The notes under the pieces: generated by a model | What the model saw: the letters and a program-made list of their open reading frames with translations, nothing else | Told to the model about the DNA's origin: nothing | Database searches by the model: none | Shown: in pieces, positions 1 to 9,449 of the stretch | How positions within the stretch are numbered: position 1 is the first letter of the stretch | Layout: every line of letters begins with the position of its first letter | Source: a virus | Lineage: Duplodnaviria; Caudoviricetes | DNA: 64,000 bases | Virus record (IMG/VR): IMGVR_UViG_3300037067_005614 | Span: 111-64,110 of that record | Reading direction: 5' to 3' (one strand) | Program-made: the position numbers and the translations under genes

Positions 1-771
1 AAAGGGGACGGAGGCCCTCGCGATAACTTCGCTAGCAAGCCTGGGCGCGAAGACTCTTGGTATCGATTCCTGGACCACGTGGACGACGAGGGCGGAATGC
101 TCGACTTGACTGGGGATGTGCTTGATCTGTCTCAGTGTTACCTGGGAGCAGTAATCGAATCCTCAGAAATCTTTATTGATCGTACTAATGCCGTACTACG
201 TAAGTGGGTATTAGGAAACCATGATTGGCATCTGCACGGACTGAATGAGGCTGATTGTGGCTTAGTCCATCCTATCTTCCGTAAGTGCTGCAATCAATTT
301 ACGGAAACGGTAGGTGACAGAAAATTCCTGGTGATGCACGGGCACGAAGTCGATCCTTATTGCTCCAGCTCTGCCCCAGGTGTCGGTGAGATTACAGCAA
401 TTGTCTGGGGCCTAAAGGAAGACAAGAACGGTAACCCCTTCCTAAAGGATGGTAGGGCAGTTGAAGGGTTGACAGCCGAACGATTTGGAGACATCGCAAA
501 CTTCTGGCATAAAATTTGGCGCAGCGAGTCTCGTAGCGAACAACTGATTTCAGCTGTTGAAGACTACCGAATGTCCAAGGAGTTTGATGTTGTCCGCTGT
601 GGACACACGCACAATCCTGGTCGTATTGGCAACTACCACTACAACTCTGGAACTTGGTCTACCAACCGAGACACTTTCCTACGCATCGAGGAAGACGGTA
701 CTGTGCTTGTACAAGAGTGGGATGGGCATCGTGCTATTGCCTGCGATGTTGTATTAAGAGAGGCTTTATAG
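1..771 (+). CDS. Calcineurin-like metallophosphoesterase (5' partial)
   Basis: Frame is open from base 1 (KGDGGPRDNF...). Motifs GDVLD, GNHD, MHGH and GHTH occur in canonical order. Confidence 0.75.
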   Translation, partial: KGDGGPRDNFASKPGREDSWYRFLDHVDDEGGMLDLTGDVLDLSQCYLGAVIESSEIFIDRTNAVLRKWVLGNHDWHLHGLNEADCGLVHPIFRKCCNQFTETVGDRKFLVMHGHEVDPYCSSSAPGVGEITAIVWGLKEDKNGNPFLKDGRAVEGLTAERFGDIANFWHKIWRSESRSEQLISAVEDYRMSKEFDVVRCGHTHNPGRIGNYHYNSGTWSTNRDTFLRIEEDGTVLVQEWDGHRAIACDVVLREAL

Positions 772-772
772 C

Positions 773-1801
773 ATGGGTGTTAGAAAGATGGTTGTCGTTC
801 CGTCCTTCATAAGCACTACGCTTACAGACTTTCCTCTAATTGTCAAGATGGATGACGAGGACATTGGTAGTGTGTGCGAGTCAGATGGTAGCGACATCGT
901 GTTTTACGACACGGACAACAACATTATTCCATTTGAACGTGACTCGTTTGCCATATCATCCGGAAAGGCTAATGGCATCTGGGTGTTAAAGAGGACTTGC
1001 AGCGCAACACCCCACTACATCTATGTTCGCGCTGGATTCGGAGACTCTGACCAAGAAGATGCAACTGCGGTGTGGGGAACCACCTGCAAGTTGCGGCTGA
1101 GCATGGACGAAGCTAGCGGATTGCTGTACGACTCGACCAGCAACGCCCACAACATGACTGCATCCGGGTCTCCGACCTATGGAGTAACAGCTAAAGTTGG
1201 AAAAGGGGTTGGCACAGCAGGCGGCTTCTTCTATGTTGCTGACCATCCTGATTGGGATTTGTCAACTAACGATCTTACTCTATCTTTGTGGATTTACGCG
1301 AATTCGTGGGGATATTGGTGGGAGCGCGCTCCGATTTGCCAAGACGAGGGGCCTGGCGACTACAACAAGTGGTTCTTTTCGTACGACCCGTCCACAGGTA
1401 AGTTGATCTTCCACCTGCAAGCCATTTCACCAGGAGAGCAGGCCGATCTATACAGTTCCGTTCTGAATCTTGCTACGGGAGTATGGCACCATATCGCAGT
1501 TACGCGAAGTGGAACGACGTTTACGTTTTACCACAATGGTGTGGCAGTCGGTACAGCCACAGACGACATTGCAGTTCCGAGCGTGGCCGCGCCGTTACGG
1601 ATTGGGTGGGGAGAAAACCCCGCGTACACTTTTGACGGATCGCTGGACGACTTGGTGTTTTACAACGGCACATGCCAGTCGGCAGACTGGATGCTGTGGA
1701 GATATCTCAATAGCAACTACAGCAGCGCTGGGCTAGCAATCCTCTCTCCTCCAAGTTCTAGAGGCAGTGGATCATTAATAGACGGAGGCTTGGTATCGTG
1801 A
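773..1801 (+). CDS. DUF2341-like N-terminus + LamG/concanavalin A-like domain protein (putative virion accessory)
   Basis: TLTDFPLIV...DGSDIVF N-terminus; LamG signatures TLSLWI, WHHIAVTRSG, FYHNG, LRIG, FDGSLDDL. Confidence 0.75.
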   Translation: MGVRKMVVVPSFISTTLTDFPLIVKMDDEDIGSVCESDGSDIVFYDTDNNIIPFERDSFAISSGKANGIWVLKRTCSATPHYIYVRAGFGDSDQEDATAVWGTTCKLRLSMDEASGLLYDSTSNAHNMTASGSPTYGVTAKVGKGVGTAGGFFYVADHPDWDLSTNDLTLSLWIYANSWGYWWERAPICQDEGPGDYNKWFFSYDPSTGKLIFHLQAISPGEQADLYSSVLNLATGVWHHIAVTRSGTTFTFYHNGVAVGTATDDIAVPSVAAPLRIGWGENPAYTFDGSLDDLVFYNGTCQSADWMLWRYLNSNYSSAGLAILSPPSSRGSGSLIDGGLVS

Positions 1802-3084
1802 GTAAATACCTAGGTGATATTACGCCAAGCAAAATCATACGCTTCTACTTCAACACGCACGACTCTACTGGCGCAGCCATTACACTAGCTGGCAGCCCTG
1901 CGATCACTGTCTATAAGGACGATGGTACAGACCAGAGCGATACGGGAGTTACGCTGACTGTTGATTTTGATTTAGGTACTGCCTCACCTGGTCTAGTTGG
2001 TTTGCACCTGGTAGAAATTGACACTTCTGCTGATGGTACTTTCTACAGTGCTGGATCAGACTTCAGTGTCGTATTGACCTCTGGAACTGTGGACGGCAAT
2101 TCTGTAGTACCCAGGGCATTACGGTCGTTTTCTATCAACAATCGATCTGCTCTTCGTCCTACAGTCGCTGATAGGACTCTTGACGTAACCGCTACCGGTG
2201 AAGCCGGTATTGACTTCGCTAACATTGGCAGCCCAACCACTATGGTAAATCTCAGTGGAACCACAATTGCCACGACGCAGAAAGTGGATGTAGAGACGAT
2301 CAAAACGCAGGCTGTCGTATGCGGGGCTGGCGTTACGATCGGGGCCTACGTGGGCAACGCGACGGCAGCTATCGCCGTCAACGGTAGTGGCTATGTTACA
2401 TATGCCAACGCAGCACCGCCGAGCGCTGCGGACGTAGTGACTGCTCTGGGGACAGGCAGCACGTTGACTGCCTGCCTCACGGCCACAGGGTTCAGCACGC
2501 ACTCAGCGGCCGATGTTGCTGCTTTGGTACTTGCCACACCCGCCAACAAGTTGGCCACTGATACCAGCGGCTACGTCACGTTTGCCAACGCATCAATTGC
2601 AACTGTCACCGACCTTACCAACCTGCCCGCAATAACCACTGACTGGCTGACCGCCGACGGGGTTAAGGCCGACGCGGTAACCAAGATCCAAACTGGATTG
2701 AGCACTTACGACGGTAGTGATACGTCTGGGACTACTACCCTACTGAGCCGAGTCGTGGGAACAATCGCCACCGGAACACACTACCCACAGTCTGGTGATA
2801 CTTATGCGTTCAATAAGTCCATCACACTTGTCGGGGTTGTTAATGCTGTCACAAACAACGGGCAGTTCTCACTGACCAGCACTGACCTATCCACAAACGA
2901 CAGCGACTATGTTGGAATGTGGCTGGTATTCACAGCAGGAAATAACAAGGGCATTCTGCGTAGAATCGGAGCTTACACTGGCTCTACCAAGACAGTTCAA
3001 TTCACTGGATCTGGTCTACTAGGGGCATTTCCTCAGACTGTTCAAGCTGATGACTCCTGGCAAATACTTGCAGGGAGCCCTTGA
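1798..3084 (+). CDS. Thr/Ala/Gly-rich putative virion structural/fibre protein
   Basis: 428-aa ORF within the structural operon; shares internal blocks and a C-terminal domain with 3730..5016. Confidence 0.55.
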   Translation: MSKYLGDITPSKIIRFYFNTHDSTGAAITLAGSPAITVYKDDGTDQSDTGVTLTVDFDLGTASPGLVGLHLVEIDTSADGTFYSAGSDFSVVLTSGTVDGNSVVPRALRSFSINNRSALRPTVADRTLDVTATGEAGIDFANIGSPTTMVNLSGTTIATTQKVDVETIKTQAVVCGAGVTIGAYVGNATAAIAVNGSGYVTYANAAPPSAADVVTALGTGSTLTACLTATGFSTHSAADVAALVLATPANKLATDTSGYVTFANASIATVTDLTNLPAITTDWLTADGVKADAVTKIQTGLSTYDGSDTSGTTTLLSRVVGTIATGTHYPQSGDTYAFNKSITLVGVVNAVTNNGQFSLTSTDLSTNDSDYVGMWLVFTAGNNKGILRRIGAYTGSTKTVQFTGSGLLGAFPQTVQADDSWQILAGSP

Positions 3085-3097
3085 TAGGGATTGGTCC

Positions 3098-3745
3098 GTG
3101 ACTACAGCAAACCTACCAGCCATTGCTGATACTTGGCTAGATTGGTTCGAGCCATCGACTAACTATGGTGGCAATACGCAACTGTATTTGGCTTCCTATA
3201 CCACACAGATGATACTGGTTAGATTCGATTTGTCTTCTATACCTGATGAAAAGCTGATTAACTCATTAAAACTCAATCTTCATGTACATACTGGAAGCAA
3301 TGAGACGCGGGAGATTTATGCCTACAAGATGGCAGAAGAATGGGTTGAATTAGAAGCTACGTTTGATGAAAAATCGTCTGGAGTAAGCTGGGAAAACATA
3401 TATACCATTCCCAAAATCGGTACAGTAACCTCTTCAGTAGCATCAGGAACATGGATACAGATTCCAATCGATGTTGCTACGACTACTGACCTCAAGAGTT
3501 TTCATACATTCCAAATTCGTTCTCAGATTAAGGACGTCTTATATATCACCATAGACTCCAGAGAAGCGGATTCATATACACCTAGCCTAGACATTGATTA
3601 CTCGGATGTGGCGACTGATGACTACACCAAGAACGTAAGGTGGTTTTACTTCGCCTCTGGTACTCCCCGCTCCACCACTCCGATATTCAGAAGAACAATA
3701 AGTCGTCGCACAGGATCAAGAGGGGTGCTATGCCACTTGAACTGA
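3098..3745 (+). CDS. DNRLRE/CBM96-like domain protein
   Basis: ADTWL...PSTNYGG..L...ILVRFDLSSIP...LKLNL...W.E..ATF...SRE...PSL pattern. GTG start chosen after the upstream stop. Confidence 0.6.
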   Translation: MTTANLPAIADTWLDWFEPSTNYGGNTQLYLASYTTQMILVRFDLSSIPDEKLINSLKLNLHVHTGSNETREIYAYKMAEEWVELEATFDEKSSGVSWENIYTIPKIGTVTSSVASGTWIQIPIDVATTTDLKSFHTFQIRSQIKDVLYITIDSREADSYTPSLDIDYSDVATDDYTKNVRWFYFASGTPRSTTPIFRRTISRRTGSRGVLCHLN

Positions 3746-5016
3746 CACAAGGTCAAACAGCTGAACCCCTAGTGTTCCTTATGGTGGATTCTTCAGACCA
3801 CATAACTGGGAAAACAGGGCTGTCGCCAACTGTTACCTTGAGTAAAAATGGAGCCTCTTTTGCATCGCCTGCTGGCGAGGTGACGGAGATCGGCAGTGGG
3901 TGGTATAAAGTGGCTGGTAATGCTACTGATAGCGAAACTCTTGGTTCTCTGATTCTGCATGCTGAAGCTACGGGAGCCGATCCTGTAGACCTTTTGTATC
4001 AGATTGTGAAGCAAAATCGGCGAACAGCCTCGATGGATCTAGTCTTAGCAAAAACCACCAACCTCACAGACCTCAATGATATTGCTGCTGCCGATGTCGT
4101 GACAGCAATGGAGACCAACGGATCGAAGCTGGATCACCTGTGGGAAACAACAGAGGACGATGGCGGAGTGCGACGATTTACTCAGAATGCCCTAGAGCAA
4201 GGGCCTTCTAGCGATGCAACGGCAGCTAACCAAACAACAATTATCACTCATCTAACCGACATTAAGGGTACTGGATTTGTTAAGGATACTCACTCACTTC
4301 CCCAATGTTTGACTGCCACTGGATTCAGCACTCATAGTGCCTCAGATGTAGCTACTGCCATCCTAGTTACCCCAGCCAACAAGCTAGCTACTGATGTTAG
4401 TGGTTACGTCACGTATGCAAACGATGCACCTCCGGCTGTTGGAGATATTGCTACAGCAGTATGGCAAGACGCGACTGCTGGTGACTTCACAGTAGACAAT
4501 TCCATTGGCAAATCGGTGTACACTTCTGGTAATGCCCCAGGTGCAGCGAGCGGCTTACTGATTGCTGGAACCAATGCCTCAACTACATTCGATTCTCTGT
4601 GGATCACTTCAGATAGTGGTGATGCTCTAACGATCAGCGCTACTGGAACTGGCACTGGGTTTGTTGATGTGAGGTTGGGTGGGTCAGGCACGATGGTAGG
4701 AACCATTTCTGGAATTACCGGCACAATCGAAACTCTCGATGCTCTATTGGCAAACCTAGCTATTATGAATGACACTGGAGCAGTGGTTGCTGATGTATCC
4801 AACACAACCTCTACTTTCAAAACTGACTTAGCTGGTGATGATTCTGCCATGTATGTCGGTCGAATGCTGGTGTTGACTTCTGGGCTTGGCGCTAAGCAAC
4901 CCCGTCGTATCACAGGTTTTGATACAGGTACGAAGTTTGTGACTCTGGCTTCTGCTTTGTCTGATGCCCCTTCTGGTAGTGACGCATTTACGATCCTAGG
5001 CTTTATCGAGGTTTAA
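3730..5016 (+). CDS. Putative virion structural/fibre protein, paralog of 1798..3084
   Basis: DHITGKTGLSPTVTLSKNG...VTEIGSGWY N-terminus; shared CLTATGFSTHSA.DVA...TPANKLATD.SGYVT block. Confidence 0.55.
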   Translation: MPLELTQGQTAEPLVFLMVDSSDHITGKTGLSPTVTLSKNGASFASPAGEVTEIGSGWYKVAGNATDSETLGSLILHAEATGADPVDLLYQIVKQNRRTASMDLVLAKTTNLTDLNDIAAADVVTAMETNGSKLDHLWETTEDDGGVRRFTQNALEQGPSSDATAANQTTIITHLTDIKGTGFVKDTHSLPQCLTATGFSTHSASDVATAILVTPANKLATDVSGYVTYANDAPPAVGDIATAVWQDATAGDFTVDNSIGKSVYTSGNAPGAASGLLIAGTNASTTFDSLWITSDSGDALTISATGTGTGFVDVRLGGSGTMVGTISGITGTIETLDALLANLAIMNDTGAVVADVSNTTSTFKTDLAGDDSAMYVGRMLVLTSGLGAKQPRRITGFDTGTKFVTLASALSDAPSGSDAFTILGFIEV

Positions 5017-5017
5017 C

Positions 5018-5464
5018 ATGAGTGCTTCTAACTCCTTAGAAAACAGCATTCTTCTACTTCTGTTCAACAACACTGCCTTCGCCAATATTGGTGACGCCAG
5101 TGGTTTGCAGCCATCAGCTACGGCTGGCAGTTTCTATGTGTCCTTGCATACGGCAGATCCCGGGGAAGCTGGCAACCAAACTTCTAGCGAGTGCGACTAT
5201 GCAAACTATGCTAGGGTTGCTGTAGCCCGCACTAGCGGAGGCTGGACGGTCTCTACCAACTCGGTTACGAATACGGCTACTATTTCTTTCCCAAAAGCCG
5301 CTGTAGGGGCCACCCCAGACGTTGCTACTCATTTTGGTGTCGGTACGGCTGATTCTGGTGCTGGAGTGTTGCTATTCAGTGGGGAATTGACGGATTCGTT
5401 AACGATCAGCCAGAATATTACCCCACAGATTCCTGCCAGCAACCTAACGATCACTAACGACTGA
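5018..5464 (+). CDS. Phage structural protein (fibre-associated type)
   Basis: YVSLHTADPGEAG...YARVAV...NTATISFP...THFGV motif seen in small phage virion proteins. Confidence 0.55.
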   Translation: MSASNSLENSILLLLFNNTAFANIGDASGLQPSATAGSFYVSLHTADPGEAGNQTSSECDYANYARVAVARTSGGWTVSTNSVTNTATISFPKAAVGATPDVATHFGVGTADSGAGVLLFSGELTDSLTISQNITPQIPASNLTITND

Positions 5465-5475
5465 TAGGGACTATC

Positions 5476-6741
5476 GTGTTGTATTGGGATTGGTTCTACT
5501 ATAGCCACGTTCTCAGCCAAACTTCTGACCTATCTGGCTCAGTGTCCTGGAGTTGGTCTACAGTCGTTGGCATGGAAGGTGATGCTGAAACCACCTACAG
5601 TGCGACGTGGAGCTATGACCAATCCGGTGTGGCAGAAGGCTACGGAGATGGGGCTTCTGTAGAGCCTTGGACTTGGACAGTCACCGTCTCTATCAATGGT
5701 TACGGGGAATCTTCTGCTTCCGCTACTTATGTATGGTCAACTGAGGTTAATGCAGAGGGCTCAGGCACTTGCAACGCGAGTGAGACCTTCACCTGGTCTT
5801 GCAATACGGCAGTAGATGGGTCAGCCCAAACTAATGCCACGGAGGACTGGGCTTGGTCTCACATCGTTAGTAGCCAAGGCGAAGGGACAGTTGTTTCTTC
5901 TATCGATCAGGTATGGTCTACTGAAGTAAGTATTGATGGATTTGGTGATGTCCAATCCTCAACTAGCCTGACTTGGGTAACTGAGTCTACATCGGAAGGG
6001 GAGGCTTCTGCTCAAGGGCTATCAGACTGGACTTATGCAAACTCTTCTTCTGTGGAAGCTGTAGGAGAAACCCAAGGCGCTGAGTCTTGGAGCTGGCAGC
6101 TAACTTCGCCCGTAGAGGGTTATTCCACAGACGGAGCTAGTGCAGCCTGGTCTTGGTCTGCTTCAGGTACGGTTTACGTATCTGGGGCTTTACTTAATGG
6201 TGCATCGGCTTGGGGTTGGTCGGCTTCTTCTGTTGCTGAAGGTGCAGGAGATCAATCTTCTGCTATTACGTGGAGTTGGTCAGATGCTTCTTATGCTAAC
6301 GGAGTTGGTGAAGCTTCTGCCACACAAGCTTGGACGTGGGAACTAGTAGGCTCGGGGCTTGCCTTACTATTACTAGCAGGAACTACTGAGTGGAATTGGT
6401 TGCCAACCGGTTCAACCGACGGAATCGGTGCAGTATCAGGATTTACAGGCTATGTTTGGCAGCACAGTACTTCACTCGAAGGGAGAGCAACTACAGAAGC
6501 CAATACAACGTGGACTTGGGTTTGCTCAACCCTGTCTCAGAATGTATTGGTGTGGTTGGTTACCGCAGAAACATGCTCTACTCCTGCTCTAACTAATGAG
6601 TCCACCTCAACTCCAACCTTGGCTTCTGAAAGTCTACTGATAAGCAACTTGAGTGCTGAGTCGATAATCGAGGGTCTAGTGGAAGACGACAGTTTGGTGG
6701 AAGCTGATCTGCAACAAGAATCGTTGCTTACTGGAGGTTAA
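5476..6741 (+). CDS. Ser/Thr/Trp-rich 20-aa repeat protein, putative fibre
   Basis: About 17 W-x-W-type motifs at ~20-residue spacing; acidic composition. Confidence 0.55.
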   Translation: MLYWDWFYYSHVLSQTSDLSGSVSWSWSTVVGMEGDAETTYSATWSYDQSGVAEGYGDGASVEPWTWTVTVSINGYGESSASATYVWSTEVNAEGSGTCNASETFTWSCNTAVDGSAQTNATEDWAWSHIVSSQGEGTVVSSIDQVWSTEVSIDGFGDVQSSTSLTWVTESTSEGEASAQGLSDWTYANSSSVEAVGETQGAESWSWQLTSPVEGYSTDGASAAWSWSASGTVYVSGALLNGASAWGWSASSVAEGAGDQSSAITWSWSDASYANGVGEASATQAWTWELVGSGLALLLLAGTTEWNWLPTGSTDGIGAVSGFTGYVWQHSTSLEGRATTEANTTWTWVCSTLSQNVLVWLVTAETCSTPALTNESTSTPTLASESLLISNLSAESIIEGLVEDDSLVEADLQQESLLTGG

Positions 6742-6742
6742 T

Positions 6743-7129
6743 ATGGCTTTGACAGCAGATCAACGTAGAGTGAAGGAGCAGTGCACGGCAGTCTATATTG
6801 CCACAATCAAAGATGAGAATGGGACAGCCCTTACCTCTGGTGATTTATCTACTCTAACTCTGACTCTCTATGATAAAGACACTGAGGCCATTATCAATAG
6901 CAGAGACAGCCAAGACGTTCTCAATAAGAACGGCGTGACTGTAGGCGCAGCCGGGGCCCTTACTTGGGTGATGACACCAGACGACAACGTCATCGTAACT
7001 ACCACGTCCTATGCTCCTGGGCAATGGGAATCTCATATTGCTCTGTTTGAGTGGACCTGGAGTAGCAGTACTAAAGCTGGCAAGTATCAGGTGCAAATTG
7101 ATGTTGAGCAAATGGCGAAAGTGACTTGA
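6743..7129 (+). CDS. Putative virion adaptor (BppU-like Ig fold)
   Basis: 128-aa beta-rich ORF, tightly packed in the structural operon. Confidence 0.4.
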   Translation: MALTADQRRVKEQCTAVYIATIKDENGTALTSGDLSTLTLTLYDKDTEAIINSRDSQDVLNKNGVTVGAAGALTWVMTPDDNVIVTTTSYAPGQWESHIALFEWTWSSSTKAGKYQVQIDVEQMAKVT

Positions 7130-7132
7130 TCC

Positions 7133-7636
7133 ATGGCTTCAATCAACAACTTGAGATCATTAGAAGCAAAGATCAAAGCGTTAGCTGACCGCTATGGCAG
7201 TAAGAATCCTGTGGTAGTTGTTGGATTCACTCAGAGCTATGCAGTCCACGTCCACGAGAATACCCAAGCCCATCATCAAGTTGGACAAGCCAAGTTTTTA
7301 GAACAGCCGGCCCGCCAGTTACAGAAGCAATTAGGAACCATTGTAGAGCAAGTGACTTCCAAGTCAAAAGACCTAGAGAAGGGGTTGTTGACAGCAGGTA
7401 TGCGATTGCAGCGAGAGGCACAGCTACTGACTCCGGTGGATACCAGCGCTTTGAAGGCTAGTGCTTTCACCGATTTGGAAGAGAACCTGGAGGCAGCATC
7501 TAGCAAAGCCTATCGTTACTCCGAAGCAATTAAGGCTGGTAAGCAAGCCTATCGGATGCGTAAGCATCAGGAGATGATTGCGGCAGTTAAGGCCAAGGCA
7601 TGGAAGGCTGCAAAGCGCAAGCGAGGTAAGGCATGA
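7133..7636 (+). CDS. HK97 gp10-like neck/tail-completion protein
   Basis: YAVHVHE...QAKFLEQPA and AQLLTPVDTSALKAS motifs; lies before the terminator and tube genes. Confidence 0.55.
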   Translation: MASINNLRSLEAKIKALADRYGSKNPVVVVGFTQSYAVHVHENTQAHHQVGQAKFLEQPARQLQKQLGTIVEQVTSKSKDLEKGLLTAGMRLQREAQLLTPVDTSALKASAFTDLEENLEAASSKAYRYSEAIKAGKQAYRMRKHQEMIAAVKAKAWKAAKRKRGKA

Positions 7637-8082
7637 GCGGCAGTCTAACTCACACCCCCGCGAACGTACTGCAATACCTGATGGTCGATTTAGGATTAGG
7701 TACGCTACCTACCAGTAGCGGCAATTGGCCAATTTACAATGCCAATGAACCAGACACCCCTGATAACTGTATCACCCTAAGAGACGTGGCAGGAGTCACT
7801 CACGGTAGAGAACAAATTACAGGGGTTATTCAAGAGCATGAAGGAATCCAAATAAGGATTAGGTCGACAGACCATGCAACAGGTTGGACTAAAGCCAATG
7901 CCATCAAAGTTGCTTTGGATAGTAGCATTGCAATGAACAGTGTGTCAATCACAACCTCTACCTATATGGTTCATGCTGTGACGAGGAAGAGCGGGCCATT
8001 TGATATCGGTACAGAGAGCCCTAGCAGTAAGCGTAGGTTATTTACGATTAACGCCGTAGTTAGTCTGCGGCAAGTTAGCTAG
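7633..8082 (+). CDS. Tail terminator / minor capsid-type protein
   Basis: EPDTPDNCITLRD..G, IQIRIRS and FTIN motifs; synteny. Confidence 0.6.
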   Translation: MSGSLTHTPANVLQYLMVDLGLGTLPTSSGNWPIYNANEPDTPDNCITLRDVAGVTHGREQITGVIQEHEGIQIRIRSTDHATGWTKANAIKVALDSSIAMNSVSITTSTYMVHAVTRKSGPFDIGTESPSSKRRLFTINAVVSLRQVS

Positions 8083-8097
8083 CCATAGGAGACCATT

Positions 8098-8574
8098 ATG
8101 ACAGTGCCAGCTACCACAGCTAGAACCACTCCTAGCGGAATTAAGTTGGATGACGGCTTTTCTACCAAGATTGCCCCCGCGGCAGACCCGGATGTTTCCT
8201 TCTGGGAGAAGACCGTGCAGCCACCGGGGGATGATGGTGGTGATCCAATTCCTACCACGACGATGCACAATACACTGTATCGTACTAAGGCTGCAAGGCA
8301 GCTAATTGATAGTACAGATTGCGTTATTGTTGGGGCTTATGACCCAGCCGTAAAGACGCAGATCAAGTCTCTCATCAACGTAGAAACTAGTTGGACCATC
8401 GCCTATCCCGATGGTTCAACGGAAGACTTCTACGGGTATTTGAGGACGGCCGAGTATGCCGCACTGGCCGAAGGTGAACAGCCAGAAGGGACGTTCACCA
8501 TCACAGTAACCAACTGGGATCCAACTGCTAATGTCGAGCAAGGATCTGTGATTACTGAAGTTGCTGGAACCTGA
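8098..8574 (+). CDS. Major tail tube protein
   Basis: PPG.DGGDPI.TTTM...YDP...WTIAYPDGS...F.G (gpV-like); strong RBS; precedes chaperones and tape measure. Confidence 0.7.
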   Translation: MTVPATTARTTPSGIKLDDGFSTKIAPAADPDVSFWEKTVQPPGDDGGDPIPTTTMHNTLYRTKAARQLIDSTDCVIVGAYDPAVKTQIKSLINVETSWTIAYPDGSTEDFYGYLRTAEYAALAEGEQPEGTFTITVTNWDPTANVEQGSVITEVAGT

Positions 8575-8649
8575 CCCTAATCCAGCGACCTTAAGCAGCC
8601 CACAACACATATCTCAATTACTGTTACGTTACTTATTAGGAGCGAGCTG

Positions 8650-9102
8650 ATGTCTGAAGAATTGAATTTTGATGACCTGACTACCATTGTCATTCCGGTC
8701 AAGTATCAGGGCAAGTCCTACACACTTAGGGAAGCCGATGAGGCTGCCGCTTGTCAGTATGAGGGGGCTAAGTCTGAATGCTTGAAGCTGGCCAATGGTG
8801 AATTCTCCGGTGTTGATCACAAGAGCATGGCCGCCACTGAACCTCTGTTGGTGTCTCTATGCTTGTTCGATGAGGCAAGCAATAACGTCCCGGTGGAGGT
8901 GGTGCGCAGTTGGCCTAGCCGTATGGTGAAGAAGCTGTTTGAGAAGGCTAAGGAAATCAGTGAGATTGATGTACAAGACGAAGAGACTGTCGTCAAGCAA
9001 GTTGAATTGCTGACCAAACAACTCAACAAGATGCGTAAGGGGAACCCCTCAAAAAACGCGCTAAGCAATACCACAACCAACTCCGCCTCGCCAGCCACCT
9101 GA
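8650..9102 (+). CDS. Tail assembly chaperone (gpG-like)
   Basis: Lies between tail tube and tape measure; slippery heptamer near the 3' end. Confidence 0.75.
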   Translation: MSEELNFDDLTTIVIPVKYQGKSYTLREADEAAACQYEGAKSECLKLANGEFSGVDHKSMAATEPLLVSLCLFDEASNNVPVEVVRSWPSRMVKKLFEKAKEISEIDVQDEETVVKQVELLTKQLNKMRKGNPSKNALSNTTTNSASPAT

Positions 9103-9449
9103 AAGTCAAGGGTCCCTTGCTCAAGTATCTTAAGACTATCTCCCACAGAGAATTCCTCACGTGGATCGAGTGGTTAGAAGAGGAATACAATGAGCCTAGT
9201 CGGTCGGATTACTACTTGATGCAAATCGCCAAACGTGTGCATCAAGGTTGGGCGAAGAATGCTCGTAGCATTGACCTAAAGACTGAGAAGCTAAGGTTCA
9301 AGCCAGCTAACCAGAAGCCTACTGCGGACAGCCGAAGGGCAGCCACGGCTATTTCCAAAGCCGTATGGGCAATGCGGTTGAGCGCTGCTAGGGAAGCCAT
9401 GCGAAAGCAAAAAGAAGCAGAAGCCAGGAGAAGTAAGCGTGGCAAGTGA
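9051..9449 (+). CDS. -1 frameshift extension of tail chaperone (gpGT-like); slippery site A AAA AAC at 9051-9057
   Basis: TCA AAA AAC in the frame of the 8650 ORF; the -1 frame is open (KRAKQYHNQLRL...LLKYLK...) to 9449. Confidence 0.85.
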   Translation, partial: KKRAKQYHNQLRLASHLKVKGPLLKYLKTISHREFLTWIEWLEEEYNEPSRSDYYLMQIAKRVHQGWAKNARSIDLKTEKLRFKPANQKPTADSRRAATAISKAVWAMRLSAAREAMRKQKEAEARRSKRGK

